This document shows positions 12,911 to 25,679 of a stretch of 64,000 bases of DNA, one piece after another. This DNA is from Octopus sinensis (taxonomy: Eukaryota): contig NC_043022.1 of NCBI RefSeq assembly GCF_006345805.1, forward strand, positions 19,034,001 to 19,098,000, given 5' to 3'. How positions within the stretch are numbered: the first letter of the stretch is position 1; each line of letters opens with the position of its first letter. The notes below the pieces were generated by a model that saw only the letters and a program-made list of their open reading frames with translations, made no database searches and was not told the DNA's origin. Both the position numbers and the translations under genes were made by a program.

Positions 12911-13599
12911 TTTATTCCTAAATTTTAGATCTTAATGTTTTTTTAAAATCCAATAAGGAAATGATATACCCTGCTATTTTTCAACAATAGTTATTAAGAA
13001 ATTTAGTAACATAAACAAATTGAATAAAGTTTTAAAAAATCTTTTTAATTTCTATAATTATTACATAAATTCTATATATCTAATGAAATTATTAAAATTA
13101 TTAAGTTGTATACCTAATCCACAATAAGTTTTAAAGAATTGGTAATTTCCATACCTATTTCTGCAGGAATTCTACTCCACCTAATCCTTTTTTTTTTTTA
13201 GTATTATAAATATTACCTCTAACTAGCCTAAATTATTATACCCCATAAAAGTACATTTCACTCTTAATACTAAATTTAAATGTTTCTAAGTTTAGAAACT
13301 TACATCTTGGTTACCTCCCTTCCACTATATTTTAAAGATTTTGATGTGCGTGTCAATTTACTAGGAATATTGGCACATATTTGTGATTTTGGTTAAGGGA
13401 ATAACTATAAAAATGAATCTTTTGAATTTAACTAAATTCTATGTATTTGTGCAGCTGAAGATTGCTCTACATTTTAAATTGATGTAATGATTGCATTGTT
13501 CAATTAAATGGAGTCGCATGAAACGATCGTACTGCATTACCTCTGGATATCCTTGTTGCTTATTTTTATTATATATATATATATATTGCAATAATAATA

Positions 13600-13943
13600 A
13601 TCACGGACAAACAATTGATTCCATCGCTGAAGGTGGAGGGCAGGCCGCCTGTATGTTTTGAATGTGGAGAGAAGGGCCACATGAAGGCATGGTGCACCCA
13701 GAAAAGCAACAAGCAGAGCAGGTGGAGAGACAAGAGAGCGTGGACTAGGCAGAACAGGTCGAGACAAAGGAAAAAGAAATAGAGGATGATTTTACTGTGG
13801 TAAAAAATAAAAAGAAGGAGGAGCGGGGAATATGTTCTCTGCCAGAGAAACAGAAATAGAAAAGAGGAGATATGAGAAAAGAAACTGTGAAGGAGGTCAG
13901 CAGGAAGGAAGACAAAAGGGTGACAGAGAAAGAAAGTATAAAG
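13600..13943 (+). pseudogene. Tx1-type ORF1 fragment with CCHC zinc knuckle
   Basis: VEGRPPVCFECGEKGHMKAWC (CX2CX4HX4C), similar to VEGRRPRCCTCCSEAHLKKEC at 62.6 kb. Confidence 0.65.
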
Positions 13944-14264
13944 GGATCATTTCGGTTTGAACGGCAGTTTTTTCTAGCAGTGTCATATGAAATTGTCACC
14001 CATAATTATGACCCTAGTATCGATCTATTGTATTTCAATCTGTTTTAGGGTTACGGTTAGGGTTAAGGTTTGGGGGGGAAAACAGATTGGGTCTATTTAC
14101 ATTTCTAAAGAAAAAAAGATACCCTTCCCTCCACCCCTAACCCTAACTCTAACCCTAACCCTAAAACAGATTGAAATGCAATAGATCGATACTAGGGTCA
14201 TAATTATCGGTGACAATGTCATATAACACCACTAGAAAAACTGCCGTTCAAACCGAAAAGATCC
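13944..14264. mobile_element. Palindromic MITE-A derivative made of two left ends
   Basis: 13944-14080 is the plus-strand left end; 14081-14264 is the minus-strand left end. Confidence 0.85.
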
Positions 14265-14269
14265 GAAAA

Positions 14270-14790
14270 AGTTCAAATTCCACCGAGGTCGACTTTGCCT
14301 TGCATCCTTTTGGGGTCGATAAATTAAGTACCAGTTACGCACTGGGGTCGATGTAATCGACTTAATCCGTTTGTCAGTCCTTGTTTGTCCTCTCTGTGTT
14401 TAGCCCCTTGTGGGTAGTAAAGAAATAGGTATTTCGTCTGCCGTTACGTTCTGAGTTCGAATTCCACCCAGGTCGACTTTGCCTTTCATCCTTTCGGAGT
14501 CGACAAAATACGTAGCAATTCAGTGTTGGGGACGATGCAATTGATATACCTCTTTCCCCTGATCCTGCTGCCCTTTTGCCATAATTTGAAACCAATATTC
14601 TGAAAAATGCTTGGCGGTATTTCATCCGTTTTTGCGTTCTCCTTTCGAAATCCGCTGTAGTCGATTTTGCCTTTCATCTTTTCGAGGTCGACGAAGTACG
14701 TAGCATTTCAGCGTTGGGGTTGATATAATCGACTTACCTCTCCCCACCCCCGAAATGGCTGGCCTTCTGCTATAATTTGAAACCAATAGG
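14270..14790 (+). mobile_element. Headless tandem units of SINE S2
   Basis: B-box GAGTTCRAATT, body GTCGACTTTGCCTTTCATCC, junction GAAATAG|GTATTTCGTC at 14428. Confidence 0.8.
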
Positions 14791-14794
14791 AACA

Positions 14795-15074
14795 CAAAAC
14801 TCCACTTGTGAAGATCTGTTAAGGCAAGTGAAAATCAAAATCGTAATCGATCAGCATCAATGGAATTTGTAGCTGTGATACCAGTGCCGGTGGCACATAA
14901 GAGAACCATCCAAACGTGGCCTCCATGCCGGTGGCACGTAAAAAGCACCCACTACACTCACGGAGTGGTTGGCGTTAGGAAGGGCATCAAGCTGTAGAAA
15001 CACTGCCAGATCAGACTGGTGCAGCCTTCTGGCTTCCCAGACCCCAGTTGAACCGACCAACCCATGCTAGCATG
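14795..15074 (+). mobile_element. SINE with RTE-type 3' tail, fused to a half MITE-A (15075-15340)
   Basis: GGCGTTAGGAAGGGCATC..CCCATGCTAGCATG runs directly into MITE internal sequence (ATG)TAAATAAACCC. Confidence 0.6.
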
Positions 15075-15999
15075 TAAATAAACCCAATCTGTTTCTTAAA
15101 CGAGGGACATATTCATAAGGCACAGAATGTTTTTTTTACCTCAATAGACGTCTTTGATTGGTTGAAATTGCAGAAATTGAAGAAAAAAAACAACAAATAT
15201 CTTACAAACCATAGAATTTTCTCAATAAAGCCAAGAGAAGAAGATGTTTTATAAACACATTCTACCAGTATACGAAGTTTAAAAGTGTTTAGTTACGTGG
15301 AAATTATTTTAAAAAACTGCCGTTCAAATAGAAAAGATCCCAGTTTTAGCAGCAGCAACGGTAACAACAGCAACAACAATAACAACAACAACAACAACAA
15401 CCGCAACAACAATAACAGCAACAGCGTCGACAACAAAAGCAACTACAATAATAATCAAAACAAGATCAGAAAGAAAACAACAACAACAACAGCTGCAGCA
15501 ACAACAACAACAACAGCTGCAGCAACAACACCAACAACCACATCAACAACAACAACAAACGCCATCCCGGTTCGCTGAATCGCTGAAGGCAGCAGATATT
15601 GCCTGAAACCTGAGGCGGGAAAATTCAACAATGGCAGACGACAGTCGACGCTCGAACAGAGAAGACAAGGAATGACGAAAGCAGCCGAGCAGGGCCCCGC
15701 AGGGTGGTTTATTGTACGTCAATATTATAATATATGTATGACAGGATCAGCAAGTGTCACAAAGCATCACTGAATATAGGAAGATATTTATGGATATTGA
15801 TTTTCTGTGTCAGACAACTGGGCGTTACACATGCGCGCACACACGCAGATACAGGTACATACACAAATGGATGCACAGATTTACCTGGATATATTTACGT
15901 ACTTATGGCTATACATATATGTGTGTGTGTGTGCTTGCGTATGTGTGTTTGTGTGTGATTAAGTGTGTACACGTATAGAGAAGTAGATACATACATACA

Positions 16000-16034
<35 letters not shown>

Positions 16035-16158
16035 CATACATACATACATACATACATACATACATACATACACACACACACATATATATATATATATATT
16101 TATGTATGTATGTGTATGTATGTGTATGTATGTATGTATATATATATATATATATATA

Positions 16159-16226
<68 letters not shown>

Positions 16227-16234
16227 TATATATA

Positions 16235-16275
<41 letters not shown>

Positions 16276-16290
16276 ATTATATATATATAT

Positions 16291-19200
16291 CAGTGGCGTG
16301 CGGTGACTTCCGGCGTTGGGCATGCAATTAATTTCATTGCCACCCCACCACCTGCAATTTTTCAGTAAAACATTTTCGTATTCCTACGATTTACATATAA
16401 GAGATTCTGAATATGCAGAATAAACAGGGAATAAAAAATGGCTGTGCAGAGATGATCCTGAAATAAGTGTATTGTTTGTATTATTCTTTGCTCTTCGAAA
16501 CGTCAGTACTTTCCCATCCTCATTCTCCCTTAGAAAAGTCTAAAAATCATAAGTGAAATGTAATAAAGATGAAATTGGATTCTGTCAATATTTTTGCATA
16601 TTCAGAATCTCTGTTAAAGGTAGGAATCCGAAAAAAAATTTTCACATAAATTCGTTTTTCAAAGGGGTGCGATTCTGCATTAGCCCCTATACATATCGGT
16701 TGAGCTGAATGAAATGATTTAATTAAAAGAACACATTTAGTTACATTATATGGCCATGGTTTTAGATCGTTATGCTCTCGAAGACAAGTCAGGTGCTTTA
16801 TCATGCTACTTGTCAATTCCGGGAAAATTATTGACTGTTCTGAGACTTACTGAACTCCGTACATTAAAGGACTACGTCTCACGCACACACATTGAAAATA
16901 CACGCATATACATGAATACGCACACAATGAAAGACAGCGAAAATTCAACATTGTAAAAAGCCTCCCAAAACTGTTGTGGCAGAAGTCAACATCTCTGAGA
17001 TTGAAACAAGACACTTATTGAAAGTGAAACAAAACACTTATTTACGGCCGTAAATAGACTACACCCAGCAGCACAGAAAGGGAAATCTATGTAGGTTAGG
17101 TTTCACGAAGAAATCAAAACATTTCTCCTGCGAAACAATACTGATGTAAGAAGGTCGAACCTTACGTTATAACAAACACTAAGCAAAACCTGTAATATAT
17201 GCTCTTTAATATATTATTTTTTTTAATGTTTTAAAATGTTACTTAGCTCATTTATAAATTAATTCAATTCTTCGATCTTACTGGGCAAATAAATCTATCA
17301 CATTTTCATAGAAATCTTCTCTTTTCATCAATTCTTGTAATAAATCTTTTTCAATTGACATTAGTGCTAACCCAGACAGCCTTCTTTCTCCTGTCGCATT
17401 TCTTTGGTACGTTTTAATTCTACTTAATGCAGAAAAGGATCGCTCTACAGAAGCAGTGGTAGACGGAATTGTCAAAATCAACTTGCACAGATTGAAGAGT
17501 TCTGGCATAGCTTCATCAAGATCAGTGCTGTTAATGTAACTCATTAAATGACTTACACTTGGTTTTTTAAAATCTTTCATTGAATACATCACATTGAGCT
17601 CACTTTGTAATCGTATTACATCAAAAAATCTGCCATAAGTTGTTATTAAAGAATCTAAAGAGTCCACAGGAAATTGTTTGCAATACTCATCAACTTTGTT
17701 GAAATTCAAAAGTTCCATGAATTTAAACTCTTCTAAGGATGAATATCGTGCTTTTATTTGGTCAACTATTATACTTATAATTTTGTTATAAAGCGTTCTA
17801 TAATGTCGTTGGGGATCAATAGATATATTCTTGGATCTCTGAATTCCGATTCCTGCATCGACTCCATATTTTTCCCCTAACCTATCATAAAAGACTGAAA
17901 AATTATCAAGTTTGTTTTCGAGTACAGTTCTAGTTTTATCTATTTGCTGTTTACAATACACTATGTCATGACTTTTATTCTGGAGTATGTTAAATAAGAC
18001 GTCAGTAAAAGAAAAAATGTCACTGAATACCTCTAACAAAAATAAGAAATCAGGAGCTTTTAAAGTGTGTAAGAATCCAATTGCTGAATTTATGGTGGTA
18101 TCATCCCATGCTTCAGGATTTTCAATGATGTGTTCAAAAAGGCTGATTATGAAATTATAATTTTCCTTTGTGGTAATAATAAGACGTGAGGAGTAATTCC
18201 ATCTAGTTGCTGTTGCTTTCGGAAATCTTTTTTTAACAATGTTATCTAATGCATTAGCCCTTTTCGGGGATTTCGTAAAAAATGTACCGAGTCCGTTTAT
18301 TGTAGAAAAAAATATCTTGCATTCTTTCATAGCAGAGCATGATTGTGAAAGAACTAAATTTAGGATATGGGCACAACAATGAATAAAGATCGCACATTCA
18401 TATTTCTTTCTTACTTTTGCCTGTAACCCATTTAGTTGTCCTGCCATTGTAGCGGCACCATCATATGTCTGCGCAATCAATTTGTTTCCACATTCCCACG
18501 TCTCAATGCATTTAAAAACATGTTCAGATAAAGCATTTGCAGATCGATCTGCACTAACATCACTAAAACCGATAAATCGTTCTTTCGTCACACAGTCTTC
18601 GGTAACATAACGTAAAACTGTTGACAGTTGTGAAGATGCTGAGACATCAGATGTCTCATCAACAAGAATAGAAACAAACTTAGCTTGGTCAATTTCCTTC
18701 TACATCTCATTCAACATAACTTTATGAATTGCTTCGATCAAGTCATTTTGAATTCTGTTCGACAGACCAGTGAAGATAGAAGCTGTATCTAAATGACTTT
18801 CCATTTTTTTTGTCATATTTACTGATCAAAATAAACAAGTTCTTTATAATTTCCCCGATTATTAGAGCCTTCAGATTCAAAATGACCCCGAAACGATAAT
18901 TCCTGGAGGCCTAAAAAAATAACAACTTCGATCAATCGTTGCAGAATGGATCTGTTTCGTCGAACTTTCTCATTATGCTGTTGTATGCTTTGATTTCTAC
19001 GTGCATCTAATTGTAAGTCTATGCGAACATTCCCGAATATTTTAAGGTCTATCAAACATTTTATATGCCTTTGAGAACGCCCGTGCTTTAGCATAGCCAT
19101 ATGTAAATTATTTAAATCATCATAGCCTTTATCATTCCAAACATTTTTTTTCTAAGCCAAAAAGTAAACACGGCCAACAGAATAATTTATTAAGAGCAAC

Positions 19201-20104
19201 ACTTCCAGTTAACCATTTCTTCTTTTCATACGAATTAACCTGAAATTGTCTCGTGAATTTCTTGTTGTAGCTTCGCAAATTAGGTAAATTCGGTGTTGGT
19301 CTCCCACGATTTATAATTACTTTTTTCCCATCGAAGTCCCTTTTAGAAAAACTAGTTCTCAAAATATCGTTTATAACACACATTTCACTCATTTTGAAAA
19401 AGGCTACTCTTATTTAAGGACCCACGTAGAAGCGCCGGCGTAAATTTTAAGTCAATTTCAACAAAACGGAAAAATACCCTTTGTTAAATTAATTTAAGAT
19501 TAATTAGCTATTTATGAAATAAGAAATATAATATAGATATTTTTGTTTTCAAAACTTTCTAAAAATATGATAGCGCAAACGGATGTTTTGGATAAAAGAT
19601 TTCAAATTTACATGCGAAGGCTATTTCAACATTTCAGCTGGCTAACTCAAGAATTATGGGACGGCTCTTGTTCCGGTCAAAATAGCCAGAGAGGCGTGAT
19701 TTGCGGTCTTAGCACAGAATGACACGCCAAACTGAATTTGTCGAATCACTGAGAGAGAAGGGGGTGACCATTCCTCCTAGCATATCTTTTAAACAAGTCA
19801 CTAAGAGAGAGAGGAAGAAGGGACAAACTATCAAAGACAGAGAGAAGGGGTCTCATGCGGTCTTCCCAACGCATGACAAGCGATAAATTTATCGAGTCAC
19901 TAAGATAGAGAGAGAGAGAGAGAGGAAGGAAGGACAAACTAATACAGACAGAGAGGGAGTGTGTATCATGCAATCTTCTAAAAGCATTTATCAAAGCAGA
20001 TGTACGAAGGGGAGACAATATTTCTAAAACAACTGGACGTATTTTCTTTGAAACAAAGAAGGCATGCAGCGCATACCTTGCATTGCTGAGAGTGCACGTC
20101 CCTG
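16291..20104 (-). mobile_element. Full-length hAT DNA transposon in a (TA)n tract
   Basis: TIRs CAGTGGCGTGC / CAGGGACGTGC (9 of 11 match), ATATATAT on both sides, transposase inside. Confidence 0.85.
17278..19392 (-). pseudogene. hAT transposase (ZMYM1-like: TTF-type zinc finger, DUF4371, hATC dimerisation domain), disrupted
   Basis: LFCWPCLLF..H, LSFRGHFES..NNRGNYKEL, VDETSD, TYDGAATM, SVERSFSALSRIK; frameshifts near 19120 and 18820 and a TAG near 18705. Confidence 0.9.
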
Positions 20105-20871
20105 ATATATATATATATTTATGTATATGTAAAAAGATACAAACTGGGACAAGAACGCAAAACATTTAGAAGACGATACAAAAAACACGGTCGGGACATT
20201 CGAAGCCTTCAATCTTCAGTTAAGAACCGGATCATCCTCGCAATTTCGGCTGATTAATCTTGAGATCGCTCCGATCCGGCCAGCCCCAAGGAAAAACTAA
20301 GCTACGAGCATTAGATTTCTTGGAAAAAGGATCGAACGTATACGAAACAAGGACAGAAAAACGGACGTCTACCAGTTTCCGTCTACCAAATCCACTCACA
20401 AGGCTTTGGTCGGCTCGAGGCTATAGTAGAAGACACTTCCCCAAGGGACGGAACCACGCAGTGGAACTGAACCCGGAACTCTGTGGTTGGTAAGCAAGCT
20501 ACTTACCACACAGCCACACACATATTCACATATAAATATATACGCATAACCTACATATCTGTATATACATTTATATATCTGTAGAATTTTAGTCAAACGG
20601 ATCCAATCCAGAACTTCATTTTATTTAGGCCTGGTACTCATTTTATCGGGTATCATACCGAACCGCCAAGTCGCAGGGTCGTGATCTCACCAGCACTGGT
20701 TCTAGGAGGAGAAAATACTGAATACAAAATACAGTGGTGGCGATGGACAAAATGGTTTATTTATATTCTTTATAATATTAATGTAGAATATAGAATATAT
20801 AGTATAAATAGTATATATATAGTAAAATGAAATGAAGTATTGATTGTCTTATTGAATAGATGAAATATTAG

Positions 20872-20915
20872 GGGACTAGTATACTTTCTTGCATTTAAGC
20901 AGTCTTCAAGGTCCC
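20872..20915 (-). ncRNA. Hammerhead-like motif with 8-nt core CUUGAAGA
   Basis: GGGAC|CTTGAAGA|CTGC-TTAAAT-GCAA|GAAA|G-TATA-C|TA^|GTCCC. Confidence 0.55.
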
Positions 20916-21204
20916 AGGTTGTGACAGGAATGTTTCAACTGTCGTGTATCTCCTCTCCTCTCCTTCCTTCTCCCTCCCCCTCCCCTCTTTCCTTCTCCCC
21001 TTTCTCACCTCCCCTCATCTCATCCTCACCCCTTCCTTCTTTCCTTCTCCCCCTCCCCCTCACTCCTACCTCATCTCTTCTCCTCCCCCTCCTCCTCCAC
21101 TCTCTCACTCTCCCCCTCATCTCCCCTCTCTACAGTACACCATACGACATTACACATCACATACATACACTCTCATACACACACGCACCCTTATGTTGGG
21201 GCGA

Positions 21205-21460
21205 AGTCATTTGACCCCGTTATCTCCCCTATTTTCGCTCTTGCGTCTCACGTTTGATCTCTGACTTCTGTCCAGAATCGGCATGTTGAATCGCTAGCTT
21301 CTGCACGCATTTTTTTCTCGTTTCTCTCAGTGTTTCTTTTCTGTGTATCTTTCTGTTGAAGATCGTAGGTTCGAAACGTAAAAGACTTGTTTTATTTATA
21401 TTCCTGAGCGCCATACTAATACAATTCGTCTTTTGTATATTTTCATAAAGCTTCCCGTTA
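21205..21460 (+). mobile_element. Family H3 repeat with variant hammerhead at 21348-21385
   Basis: TCTTT CTGTTGAA GATC GTAG GTTC GAAACGTA AAAGA. Confidence 0.6.
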
Positions 21461-21466
21461 TATATA

Positions 21467-21502
<36 letters not shown>

Positions 21503-21712
21503 TGTATGTGATTTTGTGATTTGCGACCCCTTCGGTCATGAATGACCATGGGATTGCACCTAGAAAGTTACCCTCCGAGGCACAAGTCTGGGTAAGGTTG
21601 TTTATGGAAGACCAGCAGTTGCCCACGCATACCAGCCTCCCCTCTCCAAGCCACCTATGTTATCCAAGGGAAAGACAAAGGCCGATACAGCTTGGCACCA
21701 GTGACGTCGCAG

Positions 21713-22025
21713 CTCATTTATTAATATGCAAGTGGCTGAGCACTCCACAGACACGTGTACCCTTAACGTAGTTCTCGGGGAGATTCAGCGTGACACAGAG
21801 TGTGACAAGGCTGGCCCTTTGAAATACAGGTACAACAGAAACAGGAAGAAAGAGTGAGAGAAAGTTGTGGTGAAAGAGTACTGCAGGGTTCATCCCCCCC
21901 CCTGCCGGAACCTCGTGGAGCTTTGGGTGTTTTCGCTCAATAAACACTCACAATGCCCGGTCTGGGGATCGAAACCGCGATCCTACGACCGCGAGTCCGC
22001 TGCCTAAACCACTGGGCCATTATGT
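21713..22025 (-). mobile_element. tRNA-derived SINE family S3
   Basis: A-box TGGCCCAGTGG and B-box-like GGTTTCGATCCC; other copies at 50820-50950 and 52214-52464. Confidence 0.75.
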
Positions 22026-22257
22026 ATGTATGTATGTATCTATGTATGTATGTATGTATGTATGTATGTATACGACAGACTTCTTTCAGTTTCTGTAAAC
22101 CAAATCCACTTATAAGGTTTTTGATCAGCCCGGGGTTATAGGAGAGAACACTTGCACATGATGCCACGCATTTAAACCGAACCCGGAATCATGTGGTTGG
22201 GAAGTAAGCTTCTTGCCACACAGCCACGCTTGCGCCTTGAAAAAAACATTACTGGAC

Positions 22258-22331
22258 TACTGTGACCAGGCTTCGAACCTGAAGTACTAAGGAACCACAA
22301 CGTAGAGCCCTAACCACTAAGCTGTCACAGC
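22258..22331 (-). tRNA. tRNA-His(GUG)-like gene, probably decayed (anticodon stem broken)
   Basis: Acceptor GCTGTGA/TCACAGT, D arm GCTT/GGGC, T arm TCAGG-TTCGAAG-CCTGG, loop TTGTGGT; T7 run about 11 nt downstream. Confidence 0.6.
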
Positions 22332-22402
22332 TATTTTCTAGCTATATAAAACAAGTTATATACGTCTCTGTGTGTGTCTGTATATATATATATATATATA
22401 AT

Positions 22403-22452
<50 letters not shown>

Positions 22453-22749
22453 ATAAGGGTATCTAAGAGATACCACCATGCTTGAAATAGCAGTCAACAG
22501 CTGACTCTTAAAACTACATCATGTGTTTAATATAGCAAGAGATGAAAAGACAAATTGACAAATAAACTTGTGAAAATTGGATATGTATGTATGTATGCAT
22601 GTATGCATGTATGTATGTATGTATGCATGTATGCATGTATGTATGCATGTATGTATGCATGTATGTATGCATGTATGTATGTATGTATGCATGTATGTGT
22701 GTGTGTGTGCGTGTAATGCTTGTGTGTTGAGACAATCGTACACACACAC

Positions 22750-22792
<43 letters not shown>

Positions 22793-23176
22793 TACACACA
22801 CACGCGCAATCGCGCGCGCACAGTCCACAACTATGGCAACCATTGATGTTATTTATATAGGACTGTTTGTTTTTCTGTAATTCATTACTCTGCGTAAATA
22901 GTGATGGAATCCCTTGGTGATAAACATTATGGCTACTACCCGCTTTGATCAGCGTTGGAGACGATAGTTGTAGGCAGCGGGAGCACTGCGTAACTAATCA
23001 TTGTTGACTTAGCCTTGTGTTGAAAGGAAAGCCTCCCATAGCGGAAGAGTAACGACGACGACGACGGCGACTAAGGAGTCGCCTTCTACGTGATCGCTCT
23101 GAATGCTAGATATAGCAGCTAAATCACTCTTATTTCTCACTCGTTGCCGTTTAATAAAATGAAGGACATGTTATAT

Positions 23177-23600
23177 GGCGGCGAGCTGGCAGAAACGTTA
23201 GCACGCCGGGCGAAATGCGTAGCCGTATTTCGTCGGCCGCTACGTTCTGAGTTCAAATTCGGTCGAGGTCGACTTTGCCTTTCAAACTTTCGGGGTCGAT
23301 AAATTAAGTACCAGTTACGTACTGGGGATCGATGTAATCGACTTAATCCGATTGTTCCCTCTATGTTTAGCCCCTTGTGAGTAATAAAGAAACAAATTAT
23401 ATGTCCAATGGAAAGGGGAAATCACTTTGCGATGTTCCTTCTAATTGCGTTCTGAGTTCAAATTCTGCTGAGGTCGATTTTGCCTTTCATCCCTTCAGGG
23501 TCGATAAAATTAATGTAATAGACCCCTGCTCCCCAAACCTTAAACTTGCTGGCCTTGTGCCAAAATTAGATAAAAATTATTTGTTCGGTGGACAAGTATA
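23177..23600 (+). mobile_element. SINE S2 with intact head plus a degenerate second unit
   Basis: GGCGGCGAGCTGGCAGAAACG (A-box) ... GAGTTCAAATT (B-box) ... tail GCCCCTTGTGAGTAATAAAGAAAC. Confidence 0.8.
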
Positions 23601-24250
23601 ATTAATAATCGTAAATTTTCGAAGAGAAAATACTGGGTGGACACGACCGGAACGCTTTTTATCGTAGGGTCACGTTTGTCAGAGCTGGGTCGGATTTGAA
23701 GAAAAAGAAGGAAAAGAGAAAGAGAAGGAAAACAAGAAGAAGAAGAAGAAGAAGAAGAAGAAGAAGAAGAAGAAGAAGAAGAAGAAGAAGAAGAAAAAGA
23801 AGAAGGAGGAGGAAGAAGAACAACAACAATAATACCAATGGCAATGTCAACAACAACAGTAACTAACAACAACAACAGCAGTAAACAAGCAAGCATCACA
23901 TCTCTCCTTCCACCTTACCAGCCAGCCTGCAGTCCACATTACGCAGAATCACGTGCAGCGCACAAAAATGTATCAAGGCGCACGAACACACGCACGCACA
24001 CATACACACACGCGCACACACACGCACACACTTCACATTTAATAATGAACACGCGAACCAACACACATGCACACACGCACACACATCATGCGCGTGTACA
24101 TACGCACATACACACATACACACTCACAACACATATATATATATATATACATTACATACACAAATAATAAACACACATATGTACAACTACATATATACAC
24201 ATTTGTATATTCATTATAAACACATATTTACAATAGACACACAAACACAA

Positions 24251-24282
<32 letters not shown>

Positions 24283-24321
24283 CATATGTGTGTGTGTCTA
24301 CATATATTTATATATTGCATA

Positions 24322-24383
<62 letters not shown>

Positions 24384-24844
24384 TACATACATTTTGGGCA
24401 CACACACACACACGAACACATACACACATATACACATTATACATTACCTATGTATTTATTATATATATATTATTCGTGTAAGCGCACACACACACACACA
24501 AGCATACACACACACATCGCATACGCACGCACATACACATCACACACACAAGTGCACGCGCGCATGTGTCCCCTTTCTGCCTTCATTATCATTGAAGGGC
24601 ACCTGAGTTTCCCACAGAAATTGGTGTCGCTTCCCTGGCGAAGTCAGTCTGTGCCTTGGCTGGTGGATACGCGCAGGCGCACTGAGCGCGCATTCGTTAG
24701 CGCGAGCACAAGACCCCAGTTGTGTGTATCTCGCACTTAAGCACGCGCGTACACACTCTGACGCTCAAACACACACACACATGCGTACGTACACACACAC
24801 GCACGTGCGTACGTACACACAAACACACGCACTGTTAAAAACAC

Positions 24845-25600
24845 ATACACGTTTATCCACACACACACACATACACGTTCAGTCACACACACACATACAC
24901 GTTCAGCCACACACACACATACACATACACGTTCAGCCACACACACATATACGTTCAGCCACACACACACATACACGTTCAGCCACACACACACGCATAC
25001 ACTTTCAGCCACACACACACATATACGTTCAGCCACACACACACACACATACACGTTCAGCCACACACACACACATACACGTTCAGCCACACACACATAC
25101 ACGTTCAGCCACACACACACATACACGTTCAGCCACACACACACACATACACGTTCAGCCACACACACACACACATACACATTTAGCCACACACACACAT
25201 ACACGTTCAGCCACACACATACACGTTCAGCCACACACATACACGTTCAGCCACACACACACATACACGTTCAGCCACACACACACACACATACACGTTC
25301 AGCCACACACACACACACATACACATTTAGCCACACACACACATACACGTTCAGCCACACACACACACACACATACACGTTCAGCCACACACACAGATAC
25401 ACGTTCAGCCACACACACACATACACGTTCAGCCACACACACACACACACATACACGTTCAGCCACACACACACACACACACATACACGTTCAGCCACAC
25501 ACACAGATACACGTTCAGCCACACACACATACACGTTTAGCCACACACACACATACACGTTCAGCCACACACACACACACATACACGTTCAACCACACAC
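24845..25600. repeat. Minisatellite: constant core ATACACGTTCAGCC with variable (AC)n spacers
   Basis: About 30 units; the 326-aa ORF is an artefact of this repeat. Confidence 0.9.
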
Positions 25601-25679
25601 GCACACACACACATATGAACATGCATACAGATACATGCTTAATTTGTTCATCAAAATCTCACACACACACATATATACA

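Noticed and set aside
15345-15578. Poly-Asn/Thr ORF
   Set aside because: (CAA)n microsatellite appended to a MITE end.
16405-16510. Possible hammerhead inside the hAT (..GAAACGTC)
   Set aside because: Core CTGAATA and stem II do not register.
20190-20260. Hammerhead candidate CTGAAGA..GAATGTC on the minus strand (second copy at 34080-34150)
   Set aside because: GAAA is GAAT in both copies and no stem I pairing is evident.
20935-21130. Pro/Ser-rich or Arg/Glu-rich ORFs
   Set aside because: Polypyrimidine low-complexity tract.
24845-25600. CRISPR-like repeat-spacer array
   Set aside because: Spacers are only (AC)n of varying length, the context is eukaryotic and there are no cas genes.
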